From Fibrobacteria bacterium (GTDB taxonomy: Bacteria; Fibrobacterota; Chitinivibrionia; Chitinivibrionales; FEN-1185): a stretch of 64,000 nt of DNA. A program made the translations under genes and the position numbers. The stretch spans positions 206,902 to 270,901 of the forward strand of contig JBBIGR010000001.1 of assembly GCA_037447435.1 (NCBI GenBank). Reading direction: 5' to 3'. The notes under the pieces were generated by a model, which saw only the letters and a list, made by a program, of their open reading frames with translations, ran no database searches and was not told where the DNA came from. Positions 1-9,251 of this stretch are shown here, piece by piece; positions within the stretch are counted from its first letter, which is position 1; each line of letters starts with the position of its first letter.

Positions 1-2121
1 GTCCCCTGGCCAGGTCAGGACAATGATGTCGACGGCGTGCATCCCACAGAATCGGGCGAAAAGAAAATAGCCAATAAATATTTCGGTGCCCTTCTTCCCA
101 TACTCCAGAAAATGACGGCCCTGCACGCGGTTATTGGCAATTACAAAAATGACGTCCTCACGACCGGCGGATCGCTTTATACCGTTAATGCGAAGGTCAA
201 TGCCTATCCTCAGGTAAAGGACGTCACGATCGTTACCAACGATTCAATTCCGGTCGGTTTATGCAATAAAGTCAATGATAGCCTATATACATTTAATTGG
301 GTAGCACCTTTATCGGGTCTGATCCCGATCAAGACTGTCGTAAGCGATTTTTGCGGACATACCGATACGTCGGTCGCAGTGCTGTTCGGCACACCAATGA
401 ACAGTTCGGCAATCGAGCTTTCGATTCCGCAAATCCAGGGCCCTATCGGAACGTCTCCGTATGAAAATCAATGGGTCAAAACAACCGGTATCGTGACTGC
501 AATTGCAAAAGATTCAAGCGGCTTCTGGATGCAGGATTCGCTCGGAGACGGCAGCGACCTGACCTCCGATGCGATATTTGTTTCAAAAAGCAATACTGTT
601 TCCATACCTGCGGTGAACAACGCTGTTTCGGTACGCGGTATTGTTCAGGAATATGTTGAAAAACCCGGCTGCCTTTCCGGTACCCGTTTACGCTGCGTTG
701 ATTCGATTTCCGTACTTTACAATTTCGGACGCCGTCCTGCAGCGTTGTCTGTTTCATCGGTGGAAAATTTCAATATGAATTCCATGAAATCGTCATATGC
801 CGGTCATGAGGGAATGCTTGTTTCGTTTGATAATGTGCATATCGTTTCTCCGGGAGTCGGGGCGGCATTTTCGCCCTGGATGAACCGGTCCGGCTCAGGA
901 TATTCCTGGTCGAACGGGGTTTTTGAAAATGAATCCCGCGGCGCGAATGTTGTGGATTACAATCCGGAAGTATTGCTTTTGGGAAACACCGCCGGCTCAC
1001 TTGGTAATGTTAGAATCAACGATACGATTTCGAACCTGACCGGAATAGTCAACTATCAAGGCGGGAATTTTTACATTCAGCCTTTAGCGGATTCCATGGT
1101 TTTTACCCGTATTATCGGTGCTGGTATGCCTTTTCCGCCGAGCCCGGTCAGTGTCCGTAACTCGGGTGCAGGATCGTTCCGCATCACAACGCTCGACTGT
1201 GACGGATTTTACGATACAATAGATACATGGAATAAAAATGACATTGTTGTCAGCGCGGCAACGTATACGACAAAACTTGCGAAGATCACCAAAGCAATAT
1301 CACAGGAACTTTTAATGCCTGCCCTGCTTTGCGTGCAGAATGTGGAAAATACGAATGTCATGAACGACATTGCCGCAAGTATCAATGCAATCGGCGGCAA
1401 GTATAAAATCGCTACCGGTCGTACGTATCTGGGTTTTTCGATCGACACGCCTTCGACACCCAATCCGAGCGGCTTGATAAACGCATTTTTATATGATTCG
1501 ACAGAAATGAAACTTTCCCAGACGATTTTATTACAGGGCGGTTCTTTTGATGCCGCATTCGGCCCTGCGAGTGCTTTCCCTTGTGCGGAACCGATTGTTG
1601 GAGCATTTTCCGTCGGCGGTTCGATTCTTGCTGTTGTCAATGTAACGCTTGCGGACAAAACATCCGACCAGCCCTTTTTCATGAAAGACTGGCCGGCATA
1701 TGAGCCGTCGAAAGCCGCCCGCATGGCGCAGGCTTCTGCGGTCCGATCCTGGATAAATAGCGTATTGTCAAGCTATCCTTCGGTGTATATGCTTATTGTC
1801 GGGGAATTTAACGATTATGGTTTTGCTGAACCGAATGATATTGCGGGTTATCCTGTTTCGATTGTTGCAGGAAATGCCGGAAAAGGCGAAACCGTTTTTT
1901 ACAATGCCTATGATTATTTGCCTCAGGACACGCGCTTTACCTGCATCAGAGATGGACGCGCTCAAATGACATCGCATATCCTGATAAGCCCGAATCTTGC
2001 CGGTGCCGCCAAGGCTGTCGACGTATTGCACTTTAATTCAAAATTCGAAGATGGTTTGGCGGGCAACCCTGCCACGCCCATCAGAGTAAGCAAACATGAT
2101 GCGGTGGAAATAAGGTTTTAG
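1..2121 (+). CDS. Partial (5' end outside window) multidomain protein: SGNH/GDSL hydrolase C-terminus + Ig-like segment + OB-fold + ExeM/NucH-like endonuclease/exonuclease/phosphatase (EEP) domain with degenerate catalytic motifs
   Basis: Frame 1 is open from base 1 (VPWPGQDNDVDGVHPTESGEKKIA; DGVHP = SGNH block V). SIPQIQG..SPY..V.TTGIVTA..GFWMQD..GDG..TSDAIFV is typical of ExeM-family OB-folds. C-terminal EEP-like motifs read GEFND and SKHDAV. Confidence 0.75.
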   Translation, partial: VPWPGQDNDVDGVHPTESGEKKIANKYFGALLPILQKMTALHAVIGNYKNDVLTTGGSLYTVNAKVNAYPQVKDVTIVTNDSIPVGLCNKVNDSLYTFNWVAPLSGLIPIKTVVSDFCGHTDTSVAVLFGTPMNSSAIELSIPQIQGPIGTSPYENQWVKTTGIVTAIAKDSSGFWMQDSLGDGSDLTSDAIFVSKSNTVSIPAVNNAVSVRGIVQEYVEKPGCLSGTRLRCVDSISVLYNFGRRPAALSVSSVENFNMNSMKSSYAGHEGMLVSFDNVHIVSPGVGAAFSPWMNRSGSGYSWSNGVFENESRGANVVDYNPEVLLLGNTAGSLGNVRINDTISNLTGIVNYQGGNFYIQPLADSMVFTRIIGAGMPFPPSPVSVRNSGAGSFRITTLDCDGFYDTIDTWNKNDIVVSAATYTTKLAKITKAISQELLMPALLCVQNVENTNVMNDIAASINAIGGKYKIATGRTYLGFSIDTPSTPNPSGLINAFLYDSTEMKLSQTILLQGGSFDAAFGPASAFPCAEPIVGAFSVGGSILAVVNVTLADKTSDQPFFMKDWPAYEPSKAARMAQASAVRSWINSVLSSYPSVYMLIVGEFNDYGFAEPNDIAGYPVSIVAGNAGKGETVFYNAYDYLPQDTRFTCIRDGRAQMTSHILISPNLAGAAKAVDVLHFNSKFEDGLAGNPATPIRVSKHDAVEIRF

Positions 2122-2298
2122 TAACTAGATATGATCTCAACTACAACTATCCAATTGCGAAGGGGCCCTGCCGACCCGAGTCGACAAAGCCCCACTCTCA
2201 GACAGGAGGTCGGATTTCGGGCCTTCCTCCCAGCGTAAATATACAATCATTCCAATAAAAAACAAAGTCGGTTTACATAATGCGTTATTTGCAAGGTG

Positions 2299-3546
2299 TT
2301 ACAAACAAAACCAGGGTAATGCGAGGATTTTTTCATGAAGTAGTAACGGATGCGGGCATCGGCAAATTACGTAGCCCATCGGTGAATCATTACCTTGTTC
2401 CTCAATAAACGATAAAAGGTGACGAGCGTCGGAAAGGGTAGGGTTTTCGGTCCATTTGACCTCGATCGGAATAAGAGTTGAACCTTGCTCTATAATAAAA
2501 TCGATTTCCGCGCCTGTTTTTGTTTTTTGATAATAAAGGCGTCCGGTTCCGAGATACTGAAGCCGTTTCCATAATTCGATGCCGACCCATTGTTCAAAAA
2601 CAGGGCCCGGGTCTGCACGCACCGTATCTATCGACGGGGAAAGTCCAGCAGCTGCATGGCGAACGCCGCAATCGAACACGAAAAAACGCGGCGTGGATAA
2701 AATATTCTTTCTGGTGCTTTTTGTAAAGGCCGATACGGTGAAGCCGACAAACATATCTTCAAGTAATTGATAATAGGACTTTACCGTTGGCAGTGAAACG
2801 CCGGCTTGATTGGACACGGACGCGAAATTCATCATTTTCCCCGATTCGGCCGCGGCAAACTGTACAAATCGCAAAAAAGCGGCCCAGTCTTTGACAAATG
2901 CTTCCCGGCGGATTTCCTCTTCGAGGTAAACCATTGCGTATGTTGTAAGAATGTCGCCGCGGATTTCTGGTTCTGCCGTGACAATACCGGGCAATGCACC
3001 AAAAGCCAAGCGGCTTTCCAGATCCCAGCTTTCAAATTTCCCCGTAAATGTGACGTTATCTTCGATCTGCAAAGGGAGAATCTGGTTTGTTCGGACATTC
3101 GTTGGCGCAGGAAACGGAGGCTGTTCGATTGTTATAAGCGGGAAAAGACGATGCATGATACTACGGCCAGGCAGCAGATTCGTTCCGGACAATCGAAGTC
3201 GTCGCGCCGAACTTCCGCATAAGACAAATCGCCAGCGCTGTCTATCTTCATCGTACAAATATTGGACTGTATCAAAAACCGAAGGGACCGATTGCGTTTC
3301 ATCGATAAAAACATATTGAGGCCCGCTGCCCTGTGGCAATGCCCGACACATTTCAGAAAGTTCCGCGGGACGAGAAATGTGGCGATTTCTTTGAACCGGA
3401 TCGGCAAAATTTATTCGAAGCGATTCTTTGGGAAGAAGAGCATTAATAAGCGTTGACTTGCCTGTTTGCCGAGCGCCAAATAAAATATGAACATAAGGCT
3501 TGGAAATAATCCCTTTTAATTTGCCGAAAAACCAGCGGTTTAACAT
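2299..3546 (-). CDS. AAA+ ATPase (AAA_14) with DUF4143 domain
   Basis: Walker A GARQTGKS, Walker B FIDETQ, GSS and LPGR motifs, C-terminal EIDFII...PIEVK PD-(D/E)xK-like motif. Confidence 0.9.
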   Translation of the reverse strand: MLNRWFFGKLKGIISKPYVHILFGARQTGKSTLINALLPKESLRINFADPVQRNRHISRPAELSEMCRALPQGSGPQYVFIDETQSVPSVFDTVQYLYDEDRQRWRFVLCGSSARRLRLSGTNLLPGRSIMHRLFPLITIEQPPFPAPTNVRTNQILPLQIEDNVTFTGKFESWDLESRLAFGALPGIVTAEPEIRGDILTTYAMVYLEEEIRREAFVKDWAAFLRFVQFAAAESGKMMNFASVSNQAGVSLPTVKSYYQLLEDMFVGFTVSAFTKSTRKNILSTPRFFVFDCGVRHAAAGLSPSIDTVRADPGPVFEQWVGIELWKRLQYLGTGRLYYQKTKTGAEIDFIIEQGSTLIPIEVKWTENPTLSDARHLLSFIEEQGNDSPMGYVICRCPHPLLLHEKILALPWFCL

Positions 3547-3575
3547 TTACAATTCCTTATTTAAACGATATTTAA

Positions 3576-3622
3576 TAGTCTAAATATAAATATGTATTTA
3601 ATATTAGTAGTCTAAATATAAA
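3576..3622. repeat. Perfect 15-bp direct repeat TAGTCTAAATATAAA (3576-3590 and 3608-3622)
   Basis: Read directly; 32-bp period; 30 bp upstream of the DUF4143 ATPase start. Confidence 0.85.
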
Positions 3623-3674
3623 GTGATATTTTAGTTTAAGCAAGATTATTTTGAAAATCCTCATGTCCAGTAAC

Positions 3675-3705
3675 AAAAAAAGGGCCCTTTTTGCAAAAGG
3701 CCCTA
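3675..3705 (-). terminator. Rho-independent terminator of the 3799-6096 gene
   Basis: Minus strand AGGGCCTTTT-GCA-AAAAGGGCCCT followed by a T run. Confidence 0.75.
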
Positions 3706-3798
3706 ATCTACGTTGGAGCAAGTTCTGAGGTATCTAAAAATGCAATTCACGCCTTTGTCCCTTCTCTTAAAAGAGAGGGGATGCAAAGCCACCCGACG

Positions 3799-6096
3799 TT
3801 ACTTTACATTGATCTGCATTTTCCTCTGCACGATGCCATTCTTGTCTGTAATTGCAACAATGCACATGTTCCGGCTGATCCGGTTGGTCTTAAAGAATGA
3901 GGTTAAATCGTTCCTGTATCCGCCCCTGGTTGATACTATTTTACCGATCAGTTTCCCTGAAAGGGTAAATACCTTTACGTTCAGGACCTCATGGTTAATC
4001 AAATATGAAGCAGAAGAAAAGTAGGCGGTTTTTGTAGTCGGGTTGATTTTGCAATTGACGGTCACCGTGTCGTTTTGATAATCATTCGGGTTAAACGACG
4101 CATTGCCCAGTGCAGAATCGGCCGAATACATATTTCTTGATACCTTGATTCTTGCAAAAACCTTATTCACGCCATAATTATTGAATGCTTTGTACACATA
4201 TGTTCCTGCCGAACTTGTCGTGCAGCTTACTTCAACCTGATAAACACCTTTAGCGGAACCCAAACTGATTTTGACAATTGCAGAATCAAGCGGTCTTTCG
4301 GCATTATTCAGCGAATCCCGAATGATTTTTCCCCGGATAATAAGCGTATCTCCGGATGAGGGAGGCCTATTCAAATTGACTGTCATAAGCATCGTATCTT
4401 TTTTCCCATCCTGAACTGCCAAAAAGGTTGTATCCTGCCGCTTGGTGGTAATTGCATAATCTGGCGCAGATGCTATGACTTGGCAATAGATATGGCTAAT
4501 TTTATCGAAATTTGCCATGGTATATTGCAGTATGCCTGTAATGGAATCGGTGGTATCTATTGTTTTCGTGACTACATGATAATTGGCTGTATTCGTGTCC
4601 ACCATGCTCAGAGCGATTTGGGCGAGCGCTTTTTTCATAACGGAAGTGCCGTCGGAATTTTTTATCATGGCCCGGACGACAATAGTATCACCCGGCAAAT
4701 CCGTGTGCATAAGGCTCACTTTAACGGCAGCGGTATCGCTGACTCCATCCCTCGGTTTCGCGATGATCGTGTCTTTTTTGAGCGTTGAACTTATATAATC
4801 CGTTGCAGTAGCAACGACTTTAACGGCAACCGTTCCCCATTTACCGAGATTTAAAAAACTGATTTTAAAGGCACCATTGGTGTCTGTTGTGGTAGTGGTT
4901 GCGCTGCCAATTGTGAAGTCATCTTGACCAATAGAAACAGCCACATGCGCACCGGCAAGCATTTTCGAGCTTCCGGCCGAATCAACCGTGCCGCGGACAA
5001 TGATGGAGTCGCCAGGAATGAGCGATGTATCTTTAACCATGACAAGGTTCATTGGAATGATGTCGTTTTTTCCATCAGCAGGTGCGGCAATGGTCGTATC
5101 TTTGCTTCTGGTAATGGACAAATAGGTTGAAAGCGATACTTCGGCTTTATAATACACATGTGCCGTTTTTCCGCTATTGGGTATTTTTGCCTCGTAATTT
5201 CCATTATTGTCGGACAATACAGACTTGGAACTGGGATATGAAACACCATCTTTACCAACAGATATTTTAACTGTGGCGTTTGATAGCGCTGTGCCTCCCG
5301 CCGAATCCTTGACCGTACCTTGGACCAAAAGCGTGTCGATAGTGTCCGGAACAATCGTTCCGGCTTTCATACCCAGTCTTGCTTTGATCGTATCGCAATT
5401 TCCATCCCATAAAATCCCTTTTGAGGAAATTACCGTATCAACACCGGTATATCCATTTTTAGATACCGATATCAGTGCCTTGTTATAAAGCCCGCTGTTG
5501 CAAAAAGCAGGAGCAATAAAGGATCCATCACTCGAAGTATTAATGATCCCTGGAATGGAAACAGTATCAGCAGGGGAATAATTGCCGATAAAAGTTATTT
5601 TGACATTTGCGCCATCTACACCTGTTGCACCCGATGTTGTGTCCGGGGTCGTGATTTTTCCAAATGTTTTTATTGAATCTATAGAAACATTATCCGTCAA
5701 TATACCCACATACGAAGGGTCTGCGTCCAAACTGTAGGAAACAAGCGTATCAGTACCCAGACTAAAATCAATATACGAAGAATTTTCCATTGAAGTTCCG
5801 ATACCAGGAGTTACTTCTATCTGCGAATGCAAATGTTTGCTTTGTACTCCATGAAATGTTATGCTGAACATTCCTGTTGCGTTGGAATAGCCGATTTTCT
5901 TGAACCACAATTGCCCGTCAATCGGATCATGCATCGTGTCGGATTGATTTGCTCCCTGGATTGTTATTTGTACCGGTAGGTTTTTGATAGCCTTGCTTCC
6001 AAATTTTGCGCCGCCAAAAAAAGTAACGGTGGCGGATTGAGCGATTCCGACAACAAAAATAATAATAACACAGAATGCAAATAATTTGCGGTACAT
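3799..6096 (-). CDS. Secreted protein with about 5 tandem carboxypeptidase-regulatory/Ig-like beta-sandwich repeats and a T9SS-like C-terminal domain
   Basis: GGAGGAG RBS before ATG 6096 and signal peptide MYRKLFAFCVIIIFVVGIAQSA. Repeats begin DTLLVQGTV / DSIIVRGTV / DTIVVRAMI / DTLIIRGKI. C-terminus VKVFTLSGKLIG...MCIVAI...RKMQINVK. Confidence 0.75.
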   Translation of the reverse strand: MYRKLFAFCVIIIFVVGIAQSATVTFFGGAKFGSKAIKNLPVQITIQGANQSDTMHDPIDGQLWFKKIGYSNATGMFSITFHGVQSKHLHSQIEVTPGIGTSMENSSYIDFSLGTDTLVSYSLDADPSYVGILTDNVSIDSIKTFGKITTPDTTSGATGVDGANVKITFIGNYSPADTVSIPGIINTSSDGSFIAPAFCNSGLYNKALISVSKNGYTGVDTVISSKGILWDGNCDTIKARLGMKAGTIVPDTIDTLLVQGTVKDSAGGTALSNATVKISVGKDGVSYPSSKSVLSDNNGNYEAKIPNSGKTAHVYYKAEVSLSTYLSITRSKDTTIAAPADGKNDIIPMNLVMVKDTSLIPGDSIIVRGTVDSAGSSKMLAGAHVAVSIGQDDFTIGSATTTTTDTNGAFKISFLNLGKWGTVAVKVVATATDYISSTLKKDTIIAKPRDGVSDTAAVKVSLMHTDLPGDTIVVRAMIKNSDGTSVMKKALAQIALSMVDTNTANYHVVTKTIDTTDSITGILQYTMANFDKISHIYCQVIASAPDYAITTKRQDTTFLAVQDGKKDTMLMTVNLNRPPSSGDTLIIRGKIIRDSLNNAERPLDSAIVKISLGSAKGVYQVEVSCTTSSAGTYVYKAFNNYGVNKVFARIKVSRNMYSADSALGNASFNPNDYQNDTVTVNCKINPTTKTAYFSSASYLINHEVLNVKVFTLSGKLIGKIVSTRGGYRNDLTSFFKTNRISRNMCIVAITDKNGIVQRKMQINVK

Positions 6097-6146
6097 TGCT
6101 CCTCCAAAGAAAAGGATTTTATTTTTCACCAATCAATAAAAAAATA

Positions 6147-6590
6147 TCACTTGACACGTTTCCACGGTTCCGGAAAGAAACGGTTTCTGTCGCACTTTGG
6201 ATCGTCAACGAGTTTAAAAGTCAAATTATCATTTGAAATTGAAACCAGATACGCACCAGGCAAGGCTTTACCGCAATAAAAATCCGTGACCTGAATCGTG
6301 GAGCCGTCAAGGTTGTATTTTCCCGGATATTTAAGCTTTCCTTCTTCAAAAGAAAGTACATAAGTCCCATCGGAATTTATTGTTAAGACAGGTTTTTCCT
6401 TTACTCGGACAGTGTTTGCCCAAGTCCCGACCAAACTTGCCGTTTTGTCCTTTTTATTGGGTTCCTTTTCATTGCATGCGAAAATTCCGAGAAGAAATAC
6501 TACAGCTATTGCACAACCTATTCCCGTTTGCAAAATAGCACGTTTTAACTTGCCATCACAAAGGCTATTCATGAGAAAAATTTCCTCCAT
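6147..6590 (-). CDS. Putative lipoprotein (lipocalin-like/DUF5640-type small beta domain)
   Basis: Hydrophobic stretch ending IFAC; SLVGTW...LTINSDGTY motif; start uncertain. Confidence 0.65.
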   Translation of the reverse strand: MEEIFLMNSLCDGKLKRAILQTGIGCAIAVVFLLGIFACNEKEPNKKDKTASLVGTWANTVRVKEKPVLTINSDGTYVLSFEEGKLKYPGKYNLDGSTIQVTDFYCGKALPGAYLVSISNDNLTFKLVDDPKCDRNRFFPEPWKRVK

Positions 6591-7117
6591 TTTTTAAATT
6601 TCCTGAAACTACCGGGGAGTAGGAGTGGAACGAGAAAAGCGAGTCCTGCACCTTTTCCGCATCCGGATTTTGAAGCGGTTTGAACCGGAACGGGTTTGGT
6701 CGAAGCTGGTTTGATGCTGAGCATTCCGGTTATCGCATAAGGACTGCCGGCATAATCCTTGACCTTAAACCTAACGCTGTCCGAAATTGACGACACATTT
6801 GTCGTTCCGGTTTTGGGTTTGATGGAATCGGGAATAACCACTGGAACATGACCCCAAGTGGAATCGTGGGGATAAATCGTATTTATATTAAGTTCGGCTT
6901 TCATTGCCGGATGCAAATCTCCAAATGATTTACCGTTATTGACGGAAACGGATATAAGAATGCCGTTGCTTGCGTCGAGATACGTTTGATTCGCAACGTA
7001 GTCGACAAACAACGTGTCGCCGACGTAAAGAACGTCGCCGGCTTTCGGGTTTGTTATGGTAAGCGAATCCCCGAAAGCCATTCCCGCCATCACAAGAGCG
7101 AAAATAAAAAAACGCAT
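6569..7117 (-). CDS. Secreted Ig-like protein with a C-terminal SGCG-hydrophobic-basic sorting-like tail
   Basis: Signal peptide MRFFIFALVMAGMAFG; LTITNPKAGDVLYVGDT; tail SKSGCGKGAGLAFLVPLLLPGSFRKFKKWRK. Confidence 0.75.
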   Translation of the reverse strand: MRFFIFALVMAGMAFGDSLTITNPKAGDVLYVGDTLFVDYVANQTYLDASNGILISVSVNNGKSFGDLHPAMKAELNINTIYPHDSTWGHVPVVIPDSIKPKTGTTNVSSISDSVRFKVKDYAGSPYAITGMLSIKPASTKPVPVQTASKSGCGKGAGLAFLVPLLLPGSFRKFKKWRKFFS

Positions 7118-7315
7118 GTTAGGCCTTTCTTCTTATTGTACAAATGATACGGATGTTTAAAATGGAAGATCGACAAAGCTGCTGTTACGGCTTTTATGAT
7201 ATTGCAATGGTAAAAAATAGCCGCGAAATATTTGAAGGCAGTTTTAAGTTTGTAAGAAAACTGTTTTGGACAAAAAAATCAACTCATTGATTCGGATCGG
7301 CTTGAAGGAAATTTA

Positions 7316-7350
7316 AAACCCCGATCATCTCTCGTTATGACCGGGGCTTT
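7316..7350. terminator. Stem-loop, possible terminator
   Basis: AAACCCCGATCAT-CTCTCGTT-ATGACCGGGGCTTT. Confidence 0.4.
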
Positions 7351-7707
7351 CTCTGAAGCAGAAGGAAATTTCTTATCAAATTAATTATACGGAATACGCT
7401 TTGGTATTTCAAGTATTGCTTTTATTTCGTAATTGAACCCCCCTGCAATGTCGACAACGTTTAGAGGACCCCGGAGTGCCGCGACTACACTAGTATAAAA
7501 TACAACCGGAGGGGTCGCGCAAGCGAATCCCCGAGCTATACACTCGCTCTCGATTCAACAACAATTTTCTAACCTGATTTGTATTGTAAAAAAATATTAA
7601 GCCTCTATTTTATTGGCGTGTTTTTAAAACACCTATTCTGTTTTTCATTTGTGGATGTTTCATTTTAAAAAATTTTTGTTTAACTTTCACCTAAGGGAAA
7701 TATCGCC

Positions 7708-8754
7708 ATGAAAAAAGCCCTTGTTTGCGGTGCCGGCGGATTCATAGGAAGTCATCTTGTAAAACGTTTGAAATCGGAAGGGTTTTGGGTTCGCGGCGTC
7801 GATATAAAAATGCCGGAATTCGAAACATCGGCAGCCGATCAATTCATCCGGGCCGACCTTCGTGATGCGGGTTTCTGTGCGGAGGTATGCGACACTGATT
7901 TCGCCGAAGTGTATCAATTGGCCGCGGACATGGGCGGCGCCGGTTATATATTTACAAAAGAGCATGATGCGGACGTGATGCATAATTCGGTCACGATCAA
8001 TTGCAACATCCTCAAGGCCGCCGTTAGCGCAAATGTCAAAAAGTTGTTTTTTTCCTCTTCCGCTTGCATTTATCCCGAACGGAACCAGCTTGACCCTCTA
8101 AACCCCGATTGTTCGGAGGCTTCGGCATATCCCGCGGAACCAGACAGCGAATACGGATGGGAAAAATTATTCTCGGAACGCTTATACCTGTCGTTTCAGC
8201 GCAATTACGGAATTCCGGTGCGTATCGCGAGATTCCACAATGTTTTCGGGCCCCAGGGTTCCTGGAACAATGGAAAGGAAAAAGCGCCTGCAGCTTTATG
8301 CAGGAAAATCGCACTCGCCCCGGATAACGGCGAAATAGAAATTTGGGGTGACGGGAAACAAACCAGATCCTTCCTTTACATAGACGAATGTTTGGACGGG
8401 GTCCGCAAATTTATGGACAGCACCTTTTCCGGCCCGCTTAATATAGGATCGGAAGAAATGGTTTCCATTGACAATTTGGCATATGCAATTATGAATATCG
8501 CCAAAAAGGACCTTGGCATCCGTCATATTCCGGGTCCGTTGGGCGTTGCCGGACGAAGATCGGACAATAAACTTATTCGTGAAAAACTCGATTGGGCCCC
8601 TTCGCTACCGCTTTCGTATGGTCTTTGCAAAACGTATTCTTGGATTTACGAACAAGTCGGCAACGGTGTAAAAGAAGCGCTAGTTTTCGCTAACGACAGC
8701 AAAACATTTGATTCACTTGAAGCCATTTCGGGGACATTCGCTTCAATAAGGTAA
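7708..8754 (+). CDS. NAD-dependent epimerase/dehydratase, GDP-mannose 3,5-epimerase-like
   Basis: GAGGFIG, LAADMGG, SSACIYP, YGWEK (YxxxK), RFHNVFGP, EKAPAALCRK. Confidence 0.88.
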   Translation: MKKALVCGAGGFIGSHLVKRLKSEGFWVRGVDIKMPEFETSAADQFIRADLRDAGFCAEVCDTDFAEVYQLAADMGGAGYIFTKEHDADVMHNSVTINCNILKAAVSANVKKLFFSSSACIYPERNQLDPLNPDCSEASAYPAEPDSEYGWEKLFSERLYLSFQRNYGIPVRIARFHNVFGPQGSWNNGKEKAPAALCRKIALAPDNGEIEIWGDGKQTRSFLYIDECLDGVRKFMDSTFSGPLNIGSEEMVSIDNLAYAIMNIAKKDLGIRHIPGPLGVAGRRSDNKLIREKLDWAPSLPLSYGLCKTYSWIYEQVGNGVKEALVFANDSKTFDSLEAISGTFASIR

Positions 8755-8864
8755 TTGCATTCAATTTCCTTGCAATCACCCATTTTTAGCAAAACCCTTA
8801 ACTTTTCCTAACAATTGCCGGCTATTTTTAGAAAAGGAAATAAACCCCTCAAAAAGGAGGAACT

Positions 8865-9251
8865 ATGTTGCATATTGAAAGTGAGTTTTCTGAAATTAAA
8901 ATTGTTCCCTCCGGTTTGAATCCCATGCTCGGGCATATCCGGGGAAAAGTAACCGATATAGACGGCAAGGGTTTGAAGCACAGCAGAATATGGATAAGGG
9001 AAACCGGACGAAGTACCTATACGGACAATTACGGCAATTTCGTCCTCATCAATGTTGTTCCGGCAATTTATACTCTTATTGCCGAAAACGAAGGATATAC
9101 GCAGGCGGTTTTAACCGATATTTCCGTTGAAAGCGGGGATAATCCGGGTAACCGTTTTATCATGCATCCTAAATACAGCAAACCGAAAAGCGACCCCTAC
9201 CGAGCATACGCGTTGCGGTTTGCGCAGGTTGTACCCTTTGCGACATTATAA
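8865..9251 (+). CDS. Carboxypeptidase regulatory-like domain protein
   Basis: AGGAGG RBS; GHIRGKVTD..GKGL....TDNYGNFVL..V...YTL.AE.EGY. Confidence 0.7.
   Translation: MLHIESEFSEIKIVPSGLNPMLGHIRGKVTDIDGKGLKHSRIWIRETGRSTYTDNYGNFVLINVVPAIYTLIAENEGYTQAVLTDISVESGDNPGNRFIMHPKYSKPKSDPYRAYALRFAQVVPFATL

Noticed and set aside
2157..2235. tRNA, SRP RNA or TPP riboswitch identity for the hairpin
   Set aside because: No T-loop/CCA, no SRP GGAA/AGCAG motif and no TPP 3' consensus.
7505..7535. HDV-like ribozyme suggested by GCGAAT
   Set aside because: No upstream P2 partner or L3 motif was found.
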